Shown: in pieces, positions 59,588 to 64,000 of the stretch
How the letters are laid out: each line of letters starts with the position of its first letter
Numbering within the stretch: position 1 is the first letter of the stretch
NCBI GenBank assembly: GCA_044892525.1
Contig: CM097885.1
Coordinates: 21,454,001 to 21,518,000, forward strand
Source: Schmidtea polychroa
Lineage: Eukaryota
Direction of reading: 5' to 3'
DNA: 64,000 bases
The notes under the pieces: generated by a model
What the model was told of the DNA's origin: nothing
What the model saw: only the letters and a program-made list of their open reading frames with translations
The model's database searches: none
Translations under genes and position numbers: made by a program

Positions 59588-60148
59588 TATTAAAAATTAT
59601 TAATAATATTTAAACAACATTAAAAATAAAATAAAACTCGTATCCAAATTAAGCATATTAATATAAACTATAAAAAATGTGAATGCAAGAAATTTACAAG
59701 AAATTTTAAATTTAATTATCTTAGAATTTTTATTCTATTATGTTGAAAAACATTATTTTCTTGGATTTAAGTCTCAACTATTTCAGAGTAAAAATTTGTT
59801 AAAAATTCTATAAAAATTTAAGTGTTAAAAATTGAATAAAAAATAGACAAAATAATATTAAAACCAAAGGGATGGACGGTCATTTCACATTTCATTTGTC
59901 CTTTTCCCATTCGGTTTCTAATAGGTTCAACATGAGTTATCACTCTAAAAGGTTTTCAGGTTAAAAAGTAGTAGTGTTTTAGCCTTTGAAAGAGTTCTAA
60001 TTTTATTTACCACTATAATTTCAATTAAATCCAACTTTAAATTCATCTTTAAATTTCTCAGCAACAATCTGTAAACCAACAATATATATTTAATCAAAGG
60101 ATTTTTAAATAACGTTTTTAATTTTTTACAAAAATCGCCAACTCCAAT

Positions 60149-62423
60149 AGTTAGATATCTTTTTGTTTAAATAATTTGGAATTGGCGATTTTTGTGAATT
60201 AATTAAAACTTGTTATTTATAAATTCTTTGATTAAATATATATTGTTAGTTTCAAGATTTTTGCTGCGAAATTTAAAGATGGATTTAAAGATGAATTTAA
60301 CTGGCGACCACGCCGAAAATCAGAAGATCAACGCCATTTCGAAATAGGCAAAATCACTAATGGAATTCCTACCGAAATCATGCCAAGACATGCTCACACG
60401 GAACATCAGTCGATATGATGGACGAGGTTTAAAAGAAGCCGAAGAATGGATCAGGGATATAGAAGAATGGTTGCCGACAAATGGACAACGATAGACAAGC
60501 ACTTTCGATGTGTTATTAGTGGCAGAAACAAAGACATTGTGGGGAAACGTCAGAGAAACAGAAACAACAGATGTAAAAGCCAAAGCGTGGTTCTTAAATA
60601 CGTTCACAATTACAAAATAAATAACTGACAAAATCAGAGAATTGGCAGCTATGGAAAAGGAAGATGATAAAAGGTTTGCAGCTTTCGAGATATGGCTAAG
60701 AAAAGCTTTAGCTGAAGTTGTAAATCCAGGACGACCAGAAGAAGATATTGTTTAAGACCTCATCGCAAATAAAGCACGCGATGCAAGACTGAGGGAGATA
60801 CTATTGACGAAACCAGAAACAAAAATTGAAGAAACGAGATCATTCGCAAAAATATTTGAAAATAACAAAAATGGAAACCATAAAACGAAATTTATTAAAG
60901 CAATCGGTCAAAGAACATACGCTAGCGTGACTGAGGGAGGGCAGATGAGAATTCAAAAGAATACCCAAGATCCCATGCCTACATCACCACAAAGAAGATT
61001 ATCAGAAGACCCATTTAGTCACCACAGATCAAGAAGATACGCGGACCAATACAATACGAAGGAAATAACTATGGTCGTCGAGAAAAATTTCCAAGAGAAC
61101 AATTCTTGAGAAATACGAGAATCCCGAATTGCTCAGAAAGAAAGCTGACAATAATATCCATGAAGAATATTGCAAGGAGGCTGTACAACGAAAGTAGAGG
61201 ACTACCACAAGCATCCGTCCCAAAATTAACGGTAGGTGATTGTTTTTGCTGTGGCGAAAGAGGACACAGAAGGTATGAGTGTCCACTGGGAAATAAATGC
61301 CTGATATGTGGCAAGGAAGGACACGGGTTCCGAGATTGTTTTTCGTTACGGAAAGATGTTCCACAACGATATCAAAGAATAACGTGCATAGAGGAAGATG
61401 ATTCAAAATCTGAAACAAGAGATTACACCGAGAACAGCCAGGATTTCAGAATGGACCATAGCAATATGGAAGATAGATACAATGTCCCTGAGAAATATAC
61501 TATATTGAGAGAAGACAGAAAAAACATCAGCGAGTCCATGGGTTTCATTTCGTCGGTGGAGTCAAGACAATAAATTGTGAAATAAAAAATGAATGACGAA
61601 GAGACGAGGCAGAAGAAGAGATGTACCAGACGAAAGATGGAAGAAATTGGAGTAAAATAATGTTGAATATAACTGAATAGAACTGATCAAAGAGTTAATG
61701 AAAGTTATTCGGTGTTGCAAGAGTCCTTGGAATGCCCCGTTAGTGATTGTAGGGAAAAAAGATAGATCTATCAGGATGTGTGTAGATTATCGTGGATTGA
61801 ATTCCATAACAGAAAAGGAGTCATTTCCGATGCCTAATACCAAATTCTTACTAGACTCTCTTGCGAATGCAAAAATATTTTCGTCAATCGATTTAAGTCA
61901 GGCGTATTATCAAGTGGAGTGTGCTCCAGAAATTCAAGAAATGACTGTATTCAGTACAAGAAAAGGACAATTTTACTTCAATAGACTACCATTTGGCTTA
62001 GAAACAGCTCCGGCGACATTCCAGAGACTCATGCACACAGTGCTAGAAGGAATGCTATTCAAGAGAGTAGTAGTTTATCTAGATGATATCTTGGTATATG
62101 GTAAAAGTCAAAAAGACCACGATGAGCTATTAAGGGAAATATTCAAAAGAATTCAAATGGCGGGACTAAAAATAAATTTTTTTCGTTTTAACGTAAAAAA
62201 ATCACGAATTGATGGAGGATTAACAACAACCCTACATGAAGAATAATTTGGAATTGGCGGTTTTTGTGAATTAATTAAAACTTGTTATTTATAAATCCTT
62301 TGATTAAATATATATTGTTAGTTTCAAGATTTTTGCTGCGAAATTTAAAAATGGATTTAAAGATGGATTTAAAGATGGATTTAAAATTTGGATTTAAAGA
62401 TGGATTTAAAGATGAATTTAACA
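60149..62423 (+). mobile_element. Internally deleted, degenerate Gypsy element with short LTRs
   Basis: 5' LTR 60149-60302 (AGTTA..TAACT) overlaps PBS TGGCGACCAC (tRNA-Arg-like); broken gag, two CCHC knuckles, RT fragment with YLDD; partial 3' LTR ~62241-62423; flanks ccaat/ccaat. Confidence 0.85.
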
Positions 62424-62790
62424 CCAATTAATTAACAAAAAGATATCTTACTCTCCCCTTCTTAAGACTTTTTCCACTTCTTCAGCCACCCGATTCTTCT
62501 TTCTTTCGTTCCTTCTTGTGAATGTAGTTCAACTCGATGAGGTGATAGAAATCTGACGATCTTTTGCATACCATTATTGTGCCTGTTCTGAGGCTTTTTA
62601 CGTGTGAGTACCTTTTTCTACTGTTATTAATCCTCCGTCAATTCGTGTATATTTTGCGTTAAAACGAAAACAATTCTTTTTTTCCCTTGTACATCTATTT
62701 TCCAATATCTGTCGCAGCTTTCGAAACCGAATGTCCTTTTGTTGTTGTTTTCATACTTTTTCCATAGCTTCTGTTCATAGCTTTCTGTTA
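62424..62790 (-). mobile_element. 3' end (PPT and LTR start) of a related Gypsy copy in opposite orientation
   Basis: AAGAAGGGGAG followed by AGTAAGATATCTTTTTG; the rest of this LTR lies at ~60020-60148. Confidence 0.65.
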
Positions 62791-62947
62791 CTGAGATCCA
62801 TCACGATAGGCTTGGGGACAGTGCTGGATGTCAATGGTATCGGAGTTGGTTAAGCAGAGAACCTAAACAGGCAACGGAATGATGCTCTCTGTCAGATTCG
62901 CCTGCATAGCTAAGGGAAAACCACGGATGCGGGCCTCAAGCTGGTGT

Positions 62948-63148
62948 TTAGTATAGACCAAATTGAAGGCATGAAATTGCTCGTGTATCAGGATCCTCTG
63001 AGTCTATGAGACTGTCCCGACACTGCTCGAGTCTGAACACTTTCTGGGACATTTCTTTCATCTGGATGGGGGTGAAACAAGTCCTCTCAAATCTATTGAT
63101 CTTGGCTCTCAATAAGCAGATCTCATCCCTCAGGGCTGTTCTGTGCAT
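62948..63148 (-). pseudogene. Fragment of the LTR coiled-coil gene family
   Basis: KINRFERTCFTPIQMKEM..RLEQCRDSLI matches KINHFEGTLFTSTQMKEM..RVEHCRDSLI of ORF 33236. Confidence 0.65.
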
Positions 63149-64000
63149 TTTTGTCAGAGCACGAGAAATAAAGTTTCAATTATTCATAACAATGAAAATA
63201 TTAAAAAAATGTGACATTTTCCAGAGACTATTTAACTAATTAAAATGTAAAAATTAAGGTAAGAACTTACAGTGATTTGTGAACAGAGTGATGATGACAA
63301 AAGGGTTGGTAAACTCTTATTTTTATTATATAATGATTAACATTAAATCATTCATCATATTCAAATCCATTAAATGTGGTGTATATAATAATACGGAAAA
63401 TCAAATCAAAGTTCGGTTGGGAACCGCATGTGTGATTACTATTATTATATCAGGTGTCAATTAAATACTTAAGATTCTGGAATATCTTAATCCTCGTTTC
63501 TTTGTTAATAATTAGTGGCGTAGCTAGAAATTTTGGACCCATAGGCAATAATCGGTGTCCCGGGTCCCCTGTCCCTACTCGGTCTACTTTGTTTAACAAA
63601 ATAACAAAATTTCAGAGATCCATCACGATAGGTTTTTGGACAGCGCTGGATGTCAATGGAATTCAATAACATATACGAAACGAATAAGCTAAAACAATAA
63701 TAAGCTACAATTTTAACAAATTCAAAAGTAATATAAAAATTTATTTTCTAGATTTTACGTTTGCAAAATCGTGAATAAGTTCTGCGTAACTCATTATACT
63801 TCTAATTGATGCTCAATGGCTAGCAAAGCAAGATTTCGCAGCTTGCTCTGGTCAATTGCTGAATGACCTTTCAACACTAGTCACTGTAACCGGAAGTGTT
63901 AAGAACAACATGAAAGCAGTATAGATTTCCGAAAATTCACTTTCTAGACAGTGAGAAGCTATTCTGAAAAAGATATTATGGACATGATTTCCTTTAATTC

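Overview
AT-rich animal genomic DNA with 45-47 nt introns; a flatworm-like host is plausible but unproven. Bases 1-28429 (- strand) hold the 5' part of a giant, apparently intact Ty3/Gypsy LTR retroelement, >32 kb if the 3' LTR beyond the left edge is the same size as the 5' one. It has a 4.3-kb 5' LTR (heat-shock elements, TATA box, short leader exon, two LTR-encoded genes, a covarying RNA structure), a tRNA-Pro PBS and a RING gene. One ~4,100-aa polyprotein reads Gag-3xCCHC, Ubl, Ubl, MATH, Ubl, Bcl-2-like, signal peptide + chuvirus-like class III glycoprotein + TM, protease, RT, RNase H, integrase, ankyrin repeats. Downstream come a second type-I membrane protein, an orphan ORF, a TRAF, an IAP and two coiled-coil ORFs, most starting right after a splice acceptor. 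The layout suggests an enveloped complex-retrovirus-like element with an apoptosis/ubiquitin-signalling toolkit. The rest of the window is nested solo or partial LTRs of the same clan, a deleted Gypsy element, hAT MITEs, Helitrons and three host genes (hsp70, GINS1, RBM34). All domain calls are by eye; no searches were run.
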